NCBI GenBank assembly: GCA_964572175.1
Contig: CAZNEH010000002.1
Coordinates: forward strand, 1,406-65,405
Length of the DNA stretch: 64,000 bases
Origin: an uncultured Gammaproteobacteria bacterium
GTDB lineage: Bacteria; Patescibacteriota; Patescibacteriia; UBA9570; CAZNEH01
Reading direction: 5' to 3'
The first letter of the stretch is position 1, and every line of letters begins with the position of its first letter. A program made the translations under genes and the position numbers. Below are positions 52,311 through 62,949 of the stretch, one piece after another. The notes below the pieces were generated by a model. It was not told the DNA's origin and ran no database searches. It saw only the letters and a program-made list of their open reading frames with translations.

Positions 52311-53222
52311 TTAAATACTATCTATCTTTTTAATTCTTGTCAACCATTCAGCTTGATACTTTTCTCGATTATCAGTTCCATGAAATTTCAACATTTTATC
52401 AGTAACCACTACTCTAGAGTCTTTATTTTTTAATTCTTTTAATTTTTCAGGCAATATTTTAAGTTGAATTTGTTTATATAAATTTTCTCCAGGTATTTTT
52501 TCTAAAGTTTTTTTAATCCATCTACGACCAGGAGTCTTGATTACTCGCGGCGCAAAAGCCAGTTTATAGCCATAGCTGTTTGGCAAGTATTTTTTAATCC
52601 AAGTATTGGCTCGACGTAGTTTATAATAAGCTTGCTTAGTGGTATAAAGGGGGAGTAGTTGATCCACCCAATAAGTTAAATAAATATCTCGTTGCGGGTG
52701 GACTTTTAATTTTTCTAAGTTCAATCTTCCCTCAACCGCAAAAAAACTTAAACAAATAGTGTCCTCGGTTCTTCTTTCAGATGGTCGAAGTCCTAAAATT
52801 TTCACTAAGGCAGTTGTAAAAAGCCTGGCTGTCCAAATTTTTCCTGGAACTGTGGTAATAAACAAATCAATATCACTTTCTTTACGAGAATTATGAAAAG
52901 CTAAATTATTACACAAAAAAATACCGCGTACCTGGGGCATGAGTGAAAGCAAGGTAATATATTTTTTAGCTCGTTTAATTTTTTGTTCAGCTAATCTATA
53001 TCTATATAGCCTAGTTTCTATATTTTTTTCTCTTCCCTTCAAGCAATAAAATCCTTTTACTTGATTTATTTCTGTAATTTCATCTAAGGCTAGTTTTATT
53101 TTATTAATATCTTCTTCTTTATATCTCCACAGCCATTTTTTAATTTCCAGCAAAGTTAAAGGATACTCAAAAATATCAAAATAAGATAGAGTCTGGTAAA
53201 TTGCTTTATTCAAATTATTCAT
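52311..53222 (-). CDS. hypothetical protein with a possible nucleotidyltransferase-fold motif (RKESDIDLFITT)
   Basis: hG[GS]...DhD-like pattern. Otherwise unassigned. Confidence 0.5.
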   Translation of the reverse strand: MNNLNKAIYQTLSYFDIFEYPLTLLEIKKWLWRYKEEDINKIKLALDEITEINQVKGFYCLKGREKNIETRLYRYRLAEQKIKRAKKYITLLSLMPQVRGIFLCNNLAFHNSRKESDIDLFITTVPGKIWTARLFTTALVKILGLRPSERRTEDTICLSFFAVEGRLNLEKLKVHPQRDIYLTYWVDQLLPLYTTKQAYYKLRRANTWIKKYLPNSYGYKLAFAPRVIKTPGRRWIKKTLEKIPGENLYKQIQLKILPEKLKELKNKDSRVVVTDKMLKFHGTDNREKYQAEWLTRIKKIDSI

Positions 53223-53234
53223 AATATATTTCTT

Positions 53235-53274
53235 AGCTCCCTCTCCACGAAGGTGGAGAGGGCGGGGGGAGAGG
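53235..53274 (+). repeat. GC-rich palindromic intergenic element, copy 6
   Basis: CCCTCTCCACGAAGGTGGAGAGGG + CGGGGGGAGAGG. Confidence 0.7.
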
Positions 53275-53284
53275 AAAGAGGAGA

Positions 53285-56119
53285 CTATTTTAAAAGCTTT
53301 TTCAAATATTGCCCAGTATAAGATTCTTTTACTTTAGATACTTCTTTAGGTGTTCCTTGAGCCACGATGTACCCACCCTTGTCTCCACCATCAGGCCCCA
53401 TATCAATAACATGGTCCGCACATTTAACTACTTCTAAGTTATGCTCTACGATTAAGACGCTATTTCCTTTATCTACAAGTCTATTTAATACATCTAATAA
53501 TTTTTTAACATCAAAGAAGTGCAGGCCAGTAGTTGGCTCATCCAAAATATATAGAGTTTTACCAGTGGCTCGTCTAGAAAGCTCAGTCGCCAGCTTAACT
53601 CTTTGTGCTTCACCGCCAGAAAGTGTAGTCGCGCTTTGGCCTAAGCAAATATATTCTAAGCCAACCTCTCGCAAAGTTTTAAGTTTTTCTTTAATTGGTG
53701 TTTGATCAGCAAAAAAGTAAAAAGCTTCTTCCACAGTCATATCTAAAACATCAGCAATAGTTTTTCCTTTATAATGAATTTCTAAAACCTCTTGGTTAAA
53801 GCGTTTTCCATGGCATTGATCACATTTTACATAAACATCAGGCAAAAAGTGCATCGCAATTTTCTTAGCCCCATCACCTTGGCAAGCTTCACAGCGCCCG
53901 CCCTTAACATTAAAGGAAAAGTGACCAGCTTTGTATCCACGCATCTTTGCTTCTGGAACTTGGGTAAATAAATCACGAATATAAGTAAATACTCCAGTAT
54001 AAGTCGCGGCATTAGATCGAGGAGTTCGACCAATCGGGCTTTGATCAATATGAATAATTTTATCTAAATTCTCCAGCCCCTTCATCTCCTTATGCTTTCC
54101 TGGTAAATCCTTAGCTCCGTGGAAGTGGGCCGCCAAAGCCTTAGCTAAAATGTCGGTAATCAAGGTAGATTTTCCAGATCCAGAAACACCAGTTACACAA
54201 ACCAGGCAGCCTAATGGAATTTCCGCATTAACTTTTTTCAAGTTAAATTGCTCCGCCTGTTTAATAGTAATTTTCTTCTTATTACCCTTGCGATATTCCT
54301 TAGGACATTTAATTTTTTCTTTTCCAGATAAGTAAGCCGCAGTTAAAGATTTTTTATCTTTTAATATTTGCGGTAAAGTTCCTTTAGCCACTATTTTCCC
54401 TCCATATTTACCAGCTCCTGGGCCAACATCAATTACGTAATCAGCAATTCTAATGGTATCTTCGTCATGCTCTACCACAATTACAGTGTTTCCTAGGTCA
54501 CGAAGCTTTTCTAAAGTTTTTAATAGCCTTTGATTGTCTCGTTGGTGAAGGCCAATAGACGGTTCATCTAAAACATAAATTACTCCAGTTAGGGCTGCTC
54601 CCATTTGAGTGGCTAAACGAATTCTTTGAGACTCTCCACCAGCCAAAGTATTAGCTGAGCGGTTTAAACTTAAATAAGTCAAGCCCACATCTTGTAAAAA
54701 ACTTAATCTTTTTTTAACTTCCTCCATTAGTTGGCTAGCAATTTTTTGTTCCCTAACTCCTAGCTTTAATTTTTTGAAAAATTCTACGGTTTCATCAATA
54801 GAGATGCTAGTAATTTCAGAAATATTTCTCTCTCCTACAGTTACCGCTAAATATTCATCCTTTAAACGACATCCTTTGCAAACCGGACAAGTGTAAGTCC
54901 GCATGTATCGTTCAATTTCAGATTTTAAATACTCAGAATCAGTTTCCTTGTAGCGTTTTTCTAAATTAGGGACCACTCCTTCGTATTTAGCCCAAGTTTG
55001 TTTTCCTTTATTTACCTCACCAATCTTATTTAGATCATAAAGTTGTTCTCCAGTGCCATATAAAACTTTTTCTAAGTCTTTTTTCTTTAAATCTTTTACT
55101 GGAGTGCGAGTAGAAAAACCATTTTCTTGAGCCATGGCTTCTAAAGAACGCATTAAATATGTTTGTTGCGCAGAGTTTCTAGACCAAGGTCGAATTGCTC
55201 CCTCAGCTAAGCCTAATTTTTTATTAGGCATAATTAAGCCCTCATCTAATTTTAATTTTGTTCCTAATCCAGCGCATTCTCCGCAGGCCCCATGAGGACT
55301 ATTAAAGGAGAAATTTCTAGGCTCTATTTCTGGTAAACTGATTTGGCAATGTGGGCAAACCCAGTGTTCAGAATAAACTTTATCTAGTTCTTCATCAGAG
55401 TTATGAATTACTACAGAGCCGTTAGCTAGGTCTAAGGCAGTTTTTATAGATTCCTCTAAACGAGGTTTAGATAACTTTTTACCAGTTACCATCTTGTCGA
55501 CTACTAATTCTATGGTGTGAGGCTTATGTTTATCTAAATTTAAGTCTTCTGCTTCATTAATAGTATAAAAAAGACCATCGATCCGCACATGGGTGTAACC
55601 AGCTTTACGTGCTTCATCGATAGTTTTTTTATGCTGCCCCTTTTGTTCTTTAATTAATGGAGAGATTACTAAAAATTGAGTGTCTGCTTTAATCTTTAAA
55701 ATTTTATCCACCATTTGCTTGGGAGTTTGCCGAGAAATTTTTTCTCCGCATTCTGGACAATGGGGGACACCTACTCGAGCATATAAAATTCTAAATAAGT
55801 CATAAATCTCAGTCATAGTTCCTACAGTAGAGCGAGGATTGTTGGTAGTAGTTTTTTGATCAATGGCAATCGCTGGTGATAAACCAGTGATGTGATCTAC
55901 GTCTGGTTTATCCATTACACCTAAAAACTGCCTAGCATAGGCAGATAAACTTTCCACATATCTACGTTGACCTTCAGCATAGACAGTATCAAACGCTAAA
56001 GATGATTTTCCTGATCCAGAGATTCCAGTAACAACTACCAGTTTGTCACGGGGAATTTCTACATCAATATTTTTTAAATTGTGAACACGAGCGCCCTTGA
56101 TTGAGATTTTATTAGACAT
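53285..56119 (-). CDS. uvrA: excinuclease ABC subunit A
   Basis: Two ABC ATPase modules, zinc fingers, 944 aa. Confidence 0.97.
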   Translation of the reverse strand: MSNKISIKGARVHNLKNIDVEIPRDKLVVVTGISGSGKSSLAFDTVYAEGQRRYVESLSAYARQFLGVMDKPDVDHITGLSPAIAIDQKTTTNNPRSTVGTMTEIYDLFRILYARVGVPHCPECGEKISRQTPKQMVDKILKIKADTQFLVISPLIKEQKGQHKKTIDEARKAGYTHVRIDGLFYTINEAEDLNLDKHKPHTIELVVDKMVTGKKLSKPRLEESIKTALDLANGSVVIHNSDEELDKVYSEHWVCPHCQISLPEIEPRNFSFNSPHGACGECAGLGTKLKLDEGLIMPNKKLGLAEGAIRPWSRNSAQQTYLMRSLEAMAQENGFSTRTPVKDLKKKDLEKVLYGTGEQLYDLNKIGEVNKGKQTWAKYEGVVPNLEKRYKETDSEYLKSEIERYMRTYTCPVCKGCRLKDEYLAVTVGERNISEITSISIDETVEFFKKLKLGVREQKIASQLMEEVKKRLSFLQDVGLTYLSLNRSANTLAGGESQRIRLATQMGAALTGVIYVLDEPSIGLHQRDNQRLLKTLEKLRDLGNTVIVVEHDEDTIRIADYVIDVGPGAGKYGGKIVAKGTLPQILKDKKSLTAAYLSGKEKIKCPKEYRKGNKKKITIKQAEQFNLKKVNAEIPLGCLVCVTGVSGSGKSTLITDILAKALAAHFHGAKDLPGKHKEMKGLENLDKIIHIDQSPIGRTPRSNAATYTGVFTYIRDLFTQVPEAKMRGYKAGHFSFNVKGGRCEACQGDGAKKIAMHFLPDVYVKCDQCHGKRFNQEVLEIHYKGKTIADVLDMTVEEAFYFFADQTPIKEKLKTLREVGLEYICLGQSATTLSGGEAQRVKLATELSRRATGKTLYILDEPTTGLHFFDVKKLLDVLNRLVDKGNSVLIVEHNLEVVKCADHVIDMGPDGGDKGGYIVAQGTPKEVSKVKESYTGQYLKKLLK

Positions 56120-56165
56120 GATTTTATTGAATTATATATACTAGGTTCCCAGCATACCACAAAAC

Positions 56166-56194
56166 TAAAAAGGGGTCAAGCTTTGACCCCTTTG
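56166..56194. terminator. bidirectional intrinsic terminator AAAAAGGGGTCAAGCTTTGACCCCTTT
   Basis: 8-bp GC stem flanked by an A-run and a T-run, between divergent gene ends and starts. Confidence 0.7.
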
Positions 56195-56214
56195 AAATTA
56201 TTTGAGTGTTAAAT

Positions 56215-58650
56215 TTAAGCTGTTTGCGCTACGGGTTGCCCAGGTGTTTTGACTAGAATATGAAGGTCTACAATAGAAATATCATCTTTAGGTGAAGTTC
56301 TTTTTATTGCTCCAGAAACCCCCTCAGCAACTAATTTTGATCCAGCAGTGGCTAAATCCTCTCCAGCACTTTCTTCATAACCATCAGATCCAAGTAGTAA
56401 TCTTAATTCTCCTTGCTCGTCAGTATATTCATCTAGATCAATTAAATATACATAAGGACTCCTTTCTTCCTCCGTTCTTTCATCAGTAATTCTAGCCTTA
56501 TCCCACCCTTTGTTTTTTAATATTTTAATAGGCTCTCCCTTGCCCTCTTTAGTAGCTTGGGTTTTTAAGGGTACAAATTTACCTCCGTGTTTAGCAGCTA
56601 ACTGGCAATTTCCAATATCAACTACTAATAATTGATTAGTTTCTGGTAAATAAAGAGTTCCCAAAAGCATCGTTCCAGCGCTAGCCTTTCCTTCAATTAA
56701 TGAATCGATTAATCCATCTAGGTTTTTCTCTATTAAAGATTTTTTTTCTTCTGGGTTGCTTAATCTCTGAGCCTCTTGAAACAATTTAGCCAAGCCTAAG
56801 GTTCCTATTCTGGCCATTTGTCTAGAAGGATTTTCTTGTCCCTCTGGCACATATGAAGAGGCTGTGGTTCCATCGGCAATAATCCCAATTCCTAAGTTAG
56901 GGTCAAAAGAATAAACATCGTCTCCATTAATATACATAGTTACCCCCTCCTCTTCTATTACTTCAGTTGTCTTAGCTGCTTCTTTTTTAGCTCTTCTTTC
57001 CAGTAATTTAGTCTTTTGTCTAGGAATTCCTCCGTGCTGAACTTCGTAAACCCGTCCTCTTTCAGCTCTTATTTCTCGAGAGCTAACAATTTCTAATTCT
57101 TTTTCTGCAACCTTAGGTCCACTAGCTTTTTTTGTAGTTTCTTGCCATAGCTTTAATTGATTTCTCAATTCATTATAAAGACTAGCTACTTGAGTAAATT
57201 CTTCTGTACTTAGCTGAGTACTTAGCTTTAAAATCTCTTCTCTAATATTGTAAGATTCTGGAATTATTTTTTTTAGCGCATTATCTCCTACATGATTTAT
57301 AATTTCCCCAAGCATTTTTTTTACAGTATCATCAAATTGTAGTTGTTGTAATTTATTAACCACCTCTACAATTTTAGATTTAAATTTAGCTTCCTGCTCT
57401 CCTTTTACTATTTTCTCTCCCCATGCTTCTTTGTTTGGCTCAGTAATAAATTTATTTCTTGGTTCCTTGTTCATTAATAAATCAATATAATTTTCCCAAG
57501 AACCAAGAACTTCTCTGAAAGCCTGCTTCTTTGAAGAATTATAAGTCTCTTTTATTTTTATAGATACCATCTTTTCAAAAGCATCTACCTCCCTATCTAA
57601 GTATTCGTTAAGCATATTTGGGTCTAAACCAGCTATTTCTAACCATGTTTCTAATCTTTTTCTTTCCACCTTCATTTCTTCTGATTCTGGTATTGGTCCC
57701 TCTTCCGCCCTTACAATCTCTTCTCTAGCTGGTTCTAATACTTCTTCTGGAATAGTATAGGTTTTTACTTCTTGCTTAGGCGCAAAAGCTACTTCTGGGT
57801 CTTCCATGTCTCGCATCGCCATCTCTTTTCTAATAGCTGTTATTTGACTTTCAATTTTATCTTGCTCCGTTTCATCTTCAGTTTGTCCTTTTTCTCTAAC
57901 TAATCTTAAATAATTTTGTTTATAATCATATTCTGTATATCTCGGAGTCTCTACCTTAGGCTCTAGTTCAGGCTCGGGCTGTTCTATTTTTTTTGTTCTA
58001 TACATCGGGTGCTGAAGTCTATTTTCTATTTCTTGTAATTCCTTAGCCTTGTCTTTTCCCGCCCTTAATAAACGACGCATCCAAGAAGAGTTTATCTCTC
58101 CTAATTCTTTTTTTAATTGATCTCTGCGATCCATCATTTCTCTTACTGTTTCTTCTTTATCTTCCGGAGCTGCTTGCTCGGCTTGCATTTTTTCATAAAT
58201 TGCCGCTGCATTTTTATATCTAGTATGTCCCAACTTACTTTTAGCATCCGCTAATTTTTGTCGAGCCTTCTTTAAGCGTTTATCAAAAAATTTAGTCACC
58301 ATGCTTAGCTGCTCTTCAAGTGTTTGTACCTCTAATTCATGGTTTTGATGTTGTTCATGATATTCCTGTACTTTTGTTCTAGTTATTTCATCTAATTGCT
58401 CCCATTTTTCTGTAGCCGTCAGTTCAGTCTTTTCTTCTTCTAGGGGCTGAACAGCGCTATCTGGTAATTCTTTTGGTTCCGGCATAGTAGGGGGTTGTTT
58501 ACCCCAGGCAGCAGCCTCAGTTGGTTTTATTCTCTCATCAACTTTTTTTGGTTTACCAGTTTCTGTGTCAAATTCAAATTTAGAAACCTTATAATTTTTT
58601 GGTTTCGCATTTGGCTGGGCATTTACTTTGCCTGTGTACTCAAAGGCCAT
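56215..58650 (-). CDS. hypothetical protein: Glu/Lys-rich coiled-coil N-terminal two thirds with a C-terminal PP2C-like phosphatase domain
   Basis: C-terminal motifs VVDIGNCQLAAKHGG, LLLGSDGYEE and DDISIVDL resemble PP2C/SpoIIE. Confidence 0.45.
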   Translation of the reverse strand: MAFEYTGKVNAQPNAKPKNYKVSKFEFDTETGKPKKVDERIKPTEAAAWGKQPPTMPEPKELPDSAVQPLEEEKTELTATEKWEQLDEITRTKVQEYHEQHQNHELEVQTLEEQLSMVTKFFDKRLKKARQKLADAKSKLGHTRYKNAAAIYEKMQAEQAAPEDKEETVREMMDRRDQLKKELGEINSSWMRRLLRAGKDKAKELQEIENRLQHPMYRTKKIEQPEPELEPKVETPRYTEYDYKQNYLRLVREKGQTEDETEQDKIESQITAIRKEMAMRDMEDPEVAFAPKQEVKTYTIPEEVLEPAREEIVRAEEGPIPESEEMKVERKRLETWLEIAGLDPNMLNEYLDREVDAFEKMVSIKIKETYNSSKKQAFREVLGSWENYIDLLMNKEPRNKFITEPNKEAWGEKIVKGEQEAKFKSKIVEVVNKLQQLQFDDTVKKMLGEIINHVGDNALKKIIPESYNIREEILKLSTQLSTEEFTQVASLYNELRNQLKLWQETTKKASGPKVAEKELEIVSSREIRAERGRVYEVQHGGIPRQKTKLLERRAKKEAAKTTEVIEEEGVTMYINGDDVYSFDPNLGIGIIADGTTASSYVPEGQENPSRQMARIGTLGLAKLFQEAQRLSNPEEKKSLIEKNLDGLIDSLIEGKASAGTMLLGTLYLPETNQLLVVDIGNCQLAAKHGGKFVPLKTQATKEGKGEPIKILKNKGWDKARITDERTEEERSPYVYLIDLDEYTDEQGELRLLLGSDGYEESAGEDLATAGSKLVAEGVSGAIKRTSPKDDISIVDLHILVKTPGQPVAQTA

Positions 58651-58727
58651 ATTTTTAATGAAAATATTTAATAGTACTTATATTTTATCATAATTTAGCA
58701 CAAAAGTCAAGTTTTCCACACCCATTC

Positions 58728-58742
58728 TTGACGTGTTATAAT
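58728..58742 (+). promoter_or_regulatory. extended -10 promoter TGTTATAAT upstream of the island E gene
   Basis: Same TGnTATAAT type as the host promoters. Confidence 0.35.
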
Positions 58743-58786
58743 AAAAAGGGTAAGGTAATTCATCGGTCAAATCACAGCATTGAGAG

Positions 58787-59107
58787 GTGAAATTGCAGAA
58801 ACCATTCCATCAAGGTCAACAACCGCCCACTCGTCAAGCCTTTGATCGCGATCGTCTCCTGGAGGTCCGTCGATATCCAGGACGCATCATCGTAGACGTT
58901 GCCTTCCTCACTGACATCGAATCACTCGGCGAGGTCAGGGTCACGTTCAATGGCTGTCAGTGCCAAGCCTGGCTCGAACAGTCCAGAGACTGGAAAGGAC
59001 AAAGCACTCTCTCTGTCCATCTTCTGGTCATCTCCACTCCCGGAGAACACAACATCACCATCGAGCCGGAGAACTACCACGGCATCGAGGTCATCACGCG
59101 GGGATAG
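58787..59107 (+). CDS. hypothetical protein (106 aa); GC-rich island E. Start is GTG at 58787 or TTG at 58793
   Basis: About 58% GC. GAGAGG SD overlaps the GTG, so TTG has better spacing. No recognisable domain. Confidence 0.4.
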   Translation: MKLQKPFHQGQQPPTRQAFDRDRLLEVRRYPGRIIVDVAFLTDIESLGEVRVTFNGCQCQAWLEQSRDWKGQSTLSVHLLVISTPGEHNITIEPENYHGIEVITRG

Positions 59108-59156
59108 TAGCTACGTGCCGCTTCCTCGCCCCCTTTTACCGCAATTCCATTTCAAT

Positions 59157-59189
59157 AAAAAAGATCCCGCTAATCGGGATCTTTTTGTT
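59157..59189. terminator. bidirectional intrinsic terminator AAAAAAGATCCCG-CTAAT-CGGGATCTTTTTGTT
   Basis: 7-bp stem. Serves the island E gene and the convergent 59206-60183 gene. Confidence 0.7.
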
Positions 59190-59205
59190 ATATTGGAAAG
59201 AACAA

Positions 59206-60183
59206 CTATCTTAGGGCTATTTTTTTATCTACTTTTTTAGATAAAATGTTTTTCAGTTTTAACTCTGAAATATAAATCCGTCCATCAATAATGTATAATA
59301 AACTTTCTCCGTCTTCAGACCATCGAGGTTGTAAGTAAGAACGAACATAAGTTGTTAACTGTCTATTGCGTTCGCCATCTGCGCGGACCAACCAAAGCTG
59401 CTTACCGTAATTATAAATTAGGTACTCAGAGTCAGGGGACCAGGTCACTTCCATTTGCTCTTCATTGTTTACAGTTAGAATCTCAGTAGAGGTTTCCTCT
59501 TCTAAATCTCGGACCATCAAAGTAGTCACAGTTTTATCGTCTTCAGTAATTCGAGTAATCAAGGCCACTTTATTTTTGTCTGGAGAATATAATTTAGTTT
59601 GAGTTTGATTTTCTGGTAACTCTTCTTCGTCTTCTTCAACTACTTCTACTTCTGGGATCTCTTGTTCTGCGCTCTCTTCAGTGGCTACATTATATAAGTA
59701 ACTTTTTTCTACGCCATCAACTTCTTGGCGATAGTAAAAGTTACCATCTTCAGTCCAAGCATTTTCAGGTAAGTTTTTAACTCCTTCTACAGCTAGCTCA
59801 CCCTCAGTAAATTGAGCAGTATAATACTTAGTATCAGATAAACGCTTTTTTAGCTGGGTAGTTAAACTTTCTTGCTGTCTAAACTCATCTAAAGTAGATT
59901 GTTGGAAAGTGAACAAAGTTAAAGCTGCAAAAAAGGCAACTAAAACAAGAATTAAAATTCCACTAAAAAAACCAAATCCTTTTTCTACTGCTTTTACCTT
60001 ATTAATATCAGGTAATTCTGGTAGATGTGGCTTGGTTACGCTTTTCTTCTTAGTTGTTTTCTTTTTTGTTGCGGTTGTTTTTGTTACCGCTTTTTCAGCA
60101 AATTCTTTATGCTTTTTGCCGATCTTGCTTGTTACTAGGTGATTTTTTTTACACTTAGAACAAGAATATTGTTTTTTTGCCAT
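59206..60183 (-). CDS. hypothetical protein: N-terminal CxxC, TM helix, C-terminal TolB-like beta-propeller repeats
   Basis: WSPDSEYLIY and WSEDGESLLY blades. Confidence 0.55.
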   Translation of the reverse strand: MAKKQYSCSKCKKNHLVTSKIGKKHKEFAEKAVTKTTATKKKTTKKKSVTKPHLPELPDINKVKAVEKGFGFFSGILILVLVAFFAALTLFTFQQSTLDEFRQQESLTTQLKKRLSDTKYYTAQFTEGELAVEGVKNLPENAWTEDGNFYYRQEVDGVEKSYLYNVATEESAEQEIPEVEVVEEDEEELPENQTQTKLYSPDKNKVALITRITEDDKTVTTLMVRDLEEETSTEILTVNNEEQMEVTWSPDSEYLIYNYGKQLWLVRADGERNRQLTTYVRSYLQPRWSEDGESLLYIIDGRIYISELKLKNILSKKVDKKIALR

Positions 60184-60234
60184 GTCCTCCGAATTTTATT
60201 TATATTTTAATAATAATATTATAACACATTTATT

Positions 60235-62280
60235 TTATTCCACCAAGTTTTGAGGCAACTCGTCTATAAATCTAGATGGAGCATTCACTTGAGTCTGTCC
60301 ATAAATAGTTCTTTCACTCGCAAAGCTAATATATAATTTCTTTTTAGCTCTAGTCATGGCTACATAACAAAGTCTTCTTTCTTCTTCCATTTCTTTTGGA
60401 TCAAACAAGCATCGACTATGAGGAAATAGTCCTTCTTCCATGCCTATTAAAAAGACATTTGAAAATTCTAAACCTTTAGCAGCATGAATGGTCATCATTT
60501 GAACAGCTGGTAAATCTTCTTTAACCTCATCTTGATCATGAATTAAAGCAATCTCTTCTAAGAATAATTCTAAAGCTTGAGCGCCCTTATAATTACTAAA
60601 TTTTAAACAAGCAGTTTTTAATTCCTGGATATTTTCCCATCTTCTTTCTCCTTCTTCAGTCCCGTCCTGAATAAAATTTTTATACCCTGATTCTTCAGCT
60701 ACTATGTCAACAATTTCTTCTGCTTTTTTTTCTTTAATATCTTCCGCTAGATTTTTCATTGTTGTTTGAAAAGTTAAAAAAGCTAACTTTCCTTTAGGTT
60801 TCATATCTCCTAAGTCTGCTTCTTCTATTTCTAAGAAATTCTTTTTATTTTGGATTCCAGCTTGTTCAATTTTTTGCCAGGTCACCGGACCAATTCCTTT
60901 TGGCGGAGCATTTACAATTCTTTCCAAGCCTACCCAGTCATCCGGATTAACTAGCATCTTTAAATAAGAAATCATATCTTTAATTTCTCGTCTTTCATAA
61001 AAGCGAATCCCGCCAATTAACTTGTAGGGGACACCATACTTTAAAAATGCTTCTTCAATGGCTCTAGACTGAGCATTAGTTCGATACAAGACTACATACT
61101 TAGACAAATCTACCCTTTTAATTTTTTCGCGAATTGCATCAGTAACTTTATTTTCCCGCTTTCTTTTATTAAAGGTAGAACTTTTCATTATTTTATCAAT
61201 AATGCTTTCTTCGTCTTCATATTCATAAACAAGCTCATCAGGGTCTTTCTCTGGTTCTTTTTCTTTTAAGCCTAAAATACTATCAACAATGAATTGTCCC
61301 TCCCCAGCCTCATCACGTACCTCTTCTATAGTGATTTTTTCTCCAGCGTCATTATCTGTCCATAATTTCTTATCTTTTTGCCCTTTATTTTGGCCAATAA
61401 TAGTTTGGGCTGCATCTAAAATAGTTTGAGTTGAGCGATAGTTTTGTTCTAGCATTACTACCTTAGTATTTGGATAATCATCTTCAAAATTTAAAATATT
61501 TTGATAATTAGCCCCTCGAAAGCCATAAATTGCTTGATAATCATCGCCAACTACGCATAAATTAGGCTTCTCTCCACCTAAAAGTCTGATTAGTTGGTAT
61601 TGAGCTTCGTTAGTATCTTGATACTCATCAATTAAAATATATTGCCACAATTTTTGATATTTTTGTAAAATCTTTTCTTCTTGCTTAAACAAAACTACGG
61701 TTTTCATGATTAAATCATCAAAGTCCATGGCTTGGTTACGCTCTAAATTCTTTTGGTAGTCCTTATAAATCTTTTCTACTTGTTGAGTAAAGAAATCTGA
61801 GCCAGCATAACTATCTGAATCTAATAATTCGTTCTTAGCATTAGAAATATGAACTTGAACTGCTTTAGGATTAATTTTTTTAGGATCCTGGTTCAACTCT
61901 TTCATTACTTTTTTTATCAAATTCAAAGAATCATTAGAATCATAAATCACAAAACTGTTTTTCATTCCTAAGGGCTCTATTTCTCTACGAAGTAGACGAA
62001 CACAAATAGAGTGAAAAGTTCCCATAGCTGGCCAGTGCTCAACTTTTCCAGACATTAATTCTTTTACTCGGCTTTGCATTTCCTTAGACGCCTTATTAGT
62101 AAAGGTCACCGCCAAGATATTCCAAGGTTTAATTTTTTCTTCAGCAATAAGATAGGCGATCCGATGGGTTAAAGCCCTGGTCTTACCACTGCCTGCCCCA
62201 GCTAAAACTAAAACCGGACCCTTGGTTGTGGTCACGGCCTCTTGTTGTGGCTTATTTAATCCTGTTAGAAGTTTTGACAT
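60235..62280 (-). CDS. UvrD/PcrA/Rep family ATP-dependent DNA helicase
   Basis: AGAGSGKT Walker A, DEYQDTN motif II, helicase motifs III-VI. Confidence 0.9.
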   Translation of the reverse strand: MSKLLTGLNKPQQEAVTTTKGPVLVLAGAGSGKTRALTHRIAYLIAEEKIKPWNILAVTFTNKASKEMQSRVKELMSGKVEHWPAMGTFHSICVRLLRREIEPLGMKNSFVIYDSNDSLNLIKKVMKELNQDPKKINPKAVQVHISNAKNELLDSDSYAGSDFFTQQVEKIYKDYQKNLERNQAMDFDDLIMKTVVLFKQEEKILQKYQKLWQYILIDEYQDTNEAQYQLIRLLGGEKPNLCVVGDDYQAIYGFRGANYQNILNFEDDYPNTKVVMLEQNYRSTQTILDAAQTIIGQNKGQKDKKLWTDNDAGEKITIEEVRDEAGEGQFIVDSILGLKEKEPEKDPDELVYEYEDEESIIDKIMKSSTFNKRKRENKVTDAIREKIKRVDLSKYVVLYRTNAQSRAIEEAFLKYGVPYKLIGGIRFYERREIKDMISYLKMLVNPDDWVGLERIVNAPPKGIGPVTWQKIEQAGIQNKKNFLEIEEADLGDMKPKGKLAFLTFQTTMKNLAEDIKEKKAEEIVDIVAEESGYKNFIQDGTEEGERRWENIQELKTACLKFSNYKGAQALELFLEEIALIHDQDEVKEDLPAVQMMTIHAAKGLEFSNVFLIGMEEGLFPHSRCLFDPKEMEEERRLCYVAMTRAKKKLYISFASERTIYGQTQVNAPSRFIDELPQNLVE

Positions 62281-62295
62281 AAAAAAATTATAACA

Positions 62296-62360
62296 TAAAA
62301 AAAATCACAGGTCCACGGATCACTCCACAGAGCCTGTGCTTCGTGACTTCTAGTAGTCAC
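62296..62360 (-). terminator. terminator region of the island F cluster (two hairpins then a U-run on the minus strand)
   Basis: Minus strand reads GTGACT-ACTAGA-AGTCAC and CACAGG...CCTGTG, followed by ATTTTTTTT. Confidence 0.5.
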
Positions 62361-62376
62361 GGACGTTGTCCTCTTC

Positions 62377-62826
62377 CTACTGCTCTTCAGCCGCATCTGG
62401 ATAGAGCATGGCGTCGACTTCTTCCTGAGAGGGGTCACCGAGCTCTTCTTCCCATCGAAGCAGGGTGAGGTGCTGTTGCAGATCTCGCTGCTCCTCAGGC
62501 GAGAGCTCAGGCAGGATGTTCTCTCCTTCCTCTAGGATGCTCTCTCGACACACGGGGCAGAGTTGGCAGTGCAGGAGCACGGCCATGGGGACCAGAGTTC
62601 CTTCCGGAGGAACTTCTAGGAATTCTTCCATCATTGCTCCCAGCATCTCCTCCTCGACCAGGTCGCAGCTCGCAGGGTTGCCCAGGTTCATGATCTGCAT
62701 GGCCCTGGCCGCTCCTTCTTCAGCCGCTTCTGCCTCTTCGATCAGGGCGACCAGCTTGTCTTCTTCCATCTTGCCGTCGAAGGCAGTGCGCAGGAACTCA
62801 GACAGGGACTGACGGTTGTCAGACAT
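62377..62826 (-). CDS. acidic ACP-like protein Z (149 aa) with an H-x3-C-x2-C motif; GC-rich island F
   Basis: NLGNPASCDLVEEEMLGAMMEEFLEVP parallels ACP helix II ([22 protein letters not shown]). AGGAGG SD 5 nt before the ATG at 62826. The ORF-track GTG at 62844 lies inside the leader. Confidence 0.4.
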   Translation of the reverse strand: MSDNRQSLSEFLRTAFDGKMEEDKLVALIEEAEAAEEGAARAMQIMNLGNPASCDLVEEEMLGAMMEEFLEVPPEGTLVPMAVLLHCQLCPVCRESILEEGENILPELSPEEQRDLQQHLTLLRWEEELGDPSQEEVDAMLYPDAAEEQ

Positions 62827-62929
62827 GGGTACCTCCTGTACCACTTGAGATTCATTTTTAGCCTATCATGGCCAAAAAAAAGAGGCAAGGCCGCGAAAGT
62901 CCACTAGGGTCTCTCGCAAAACCTTGCTC
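62827..62929 (-). promoter_or_regulatory. leader/promoter repeat R1 (about 100 nt) upstream of gene Z; near-identical to R2
   Basis: Shares about 90% identity with 63457-63560, including the SD and nested hairpins (GCAAGG...CCTTGC). Confidence 0.6.
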
Positions 62930-62949
62930 GCTGGCGACCTCGTAGGTCG

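Noticed and set aside
52091-52333. 80-aa ORF MVPHPRFKIKKRMGGG...
   Set aside because: Falls in a GC-rich structured region with no SD or start context. Better explained as an ncRNA or structured spacer.
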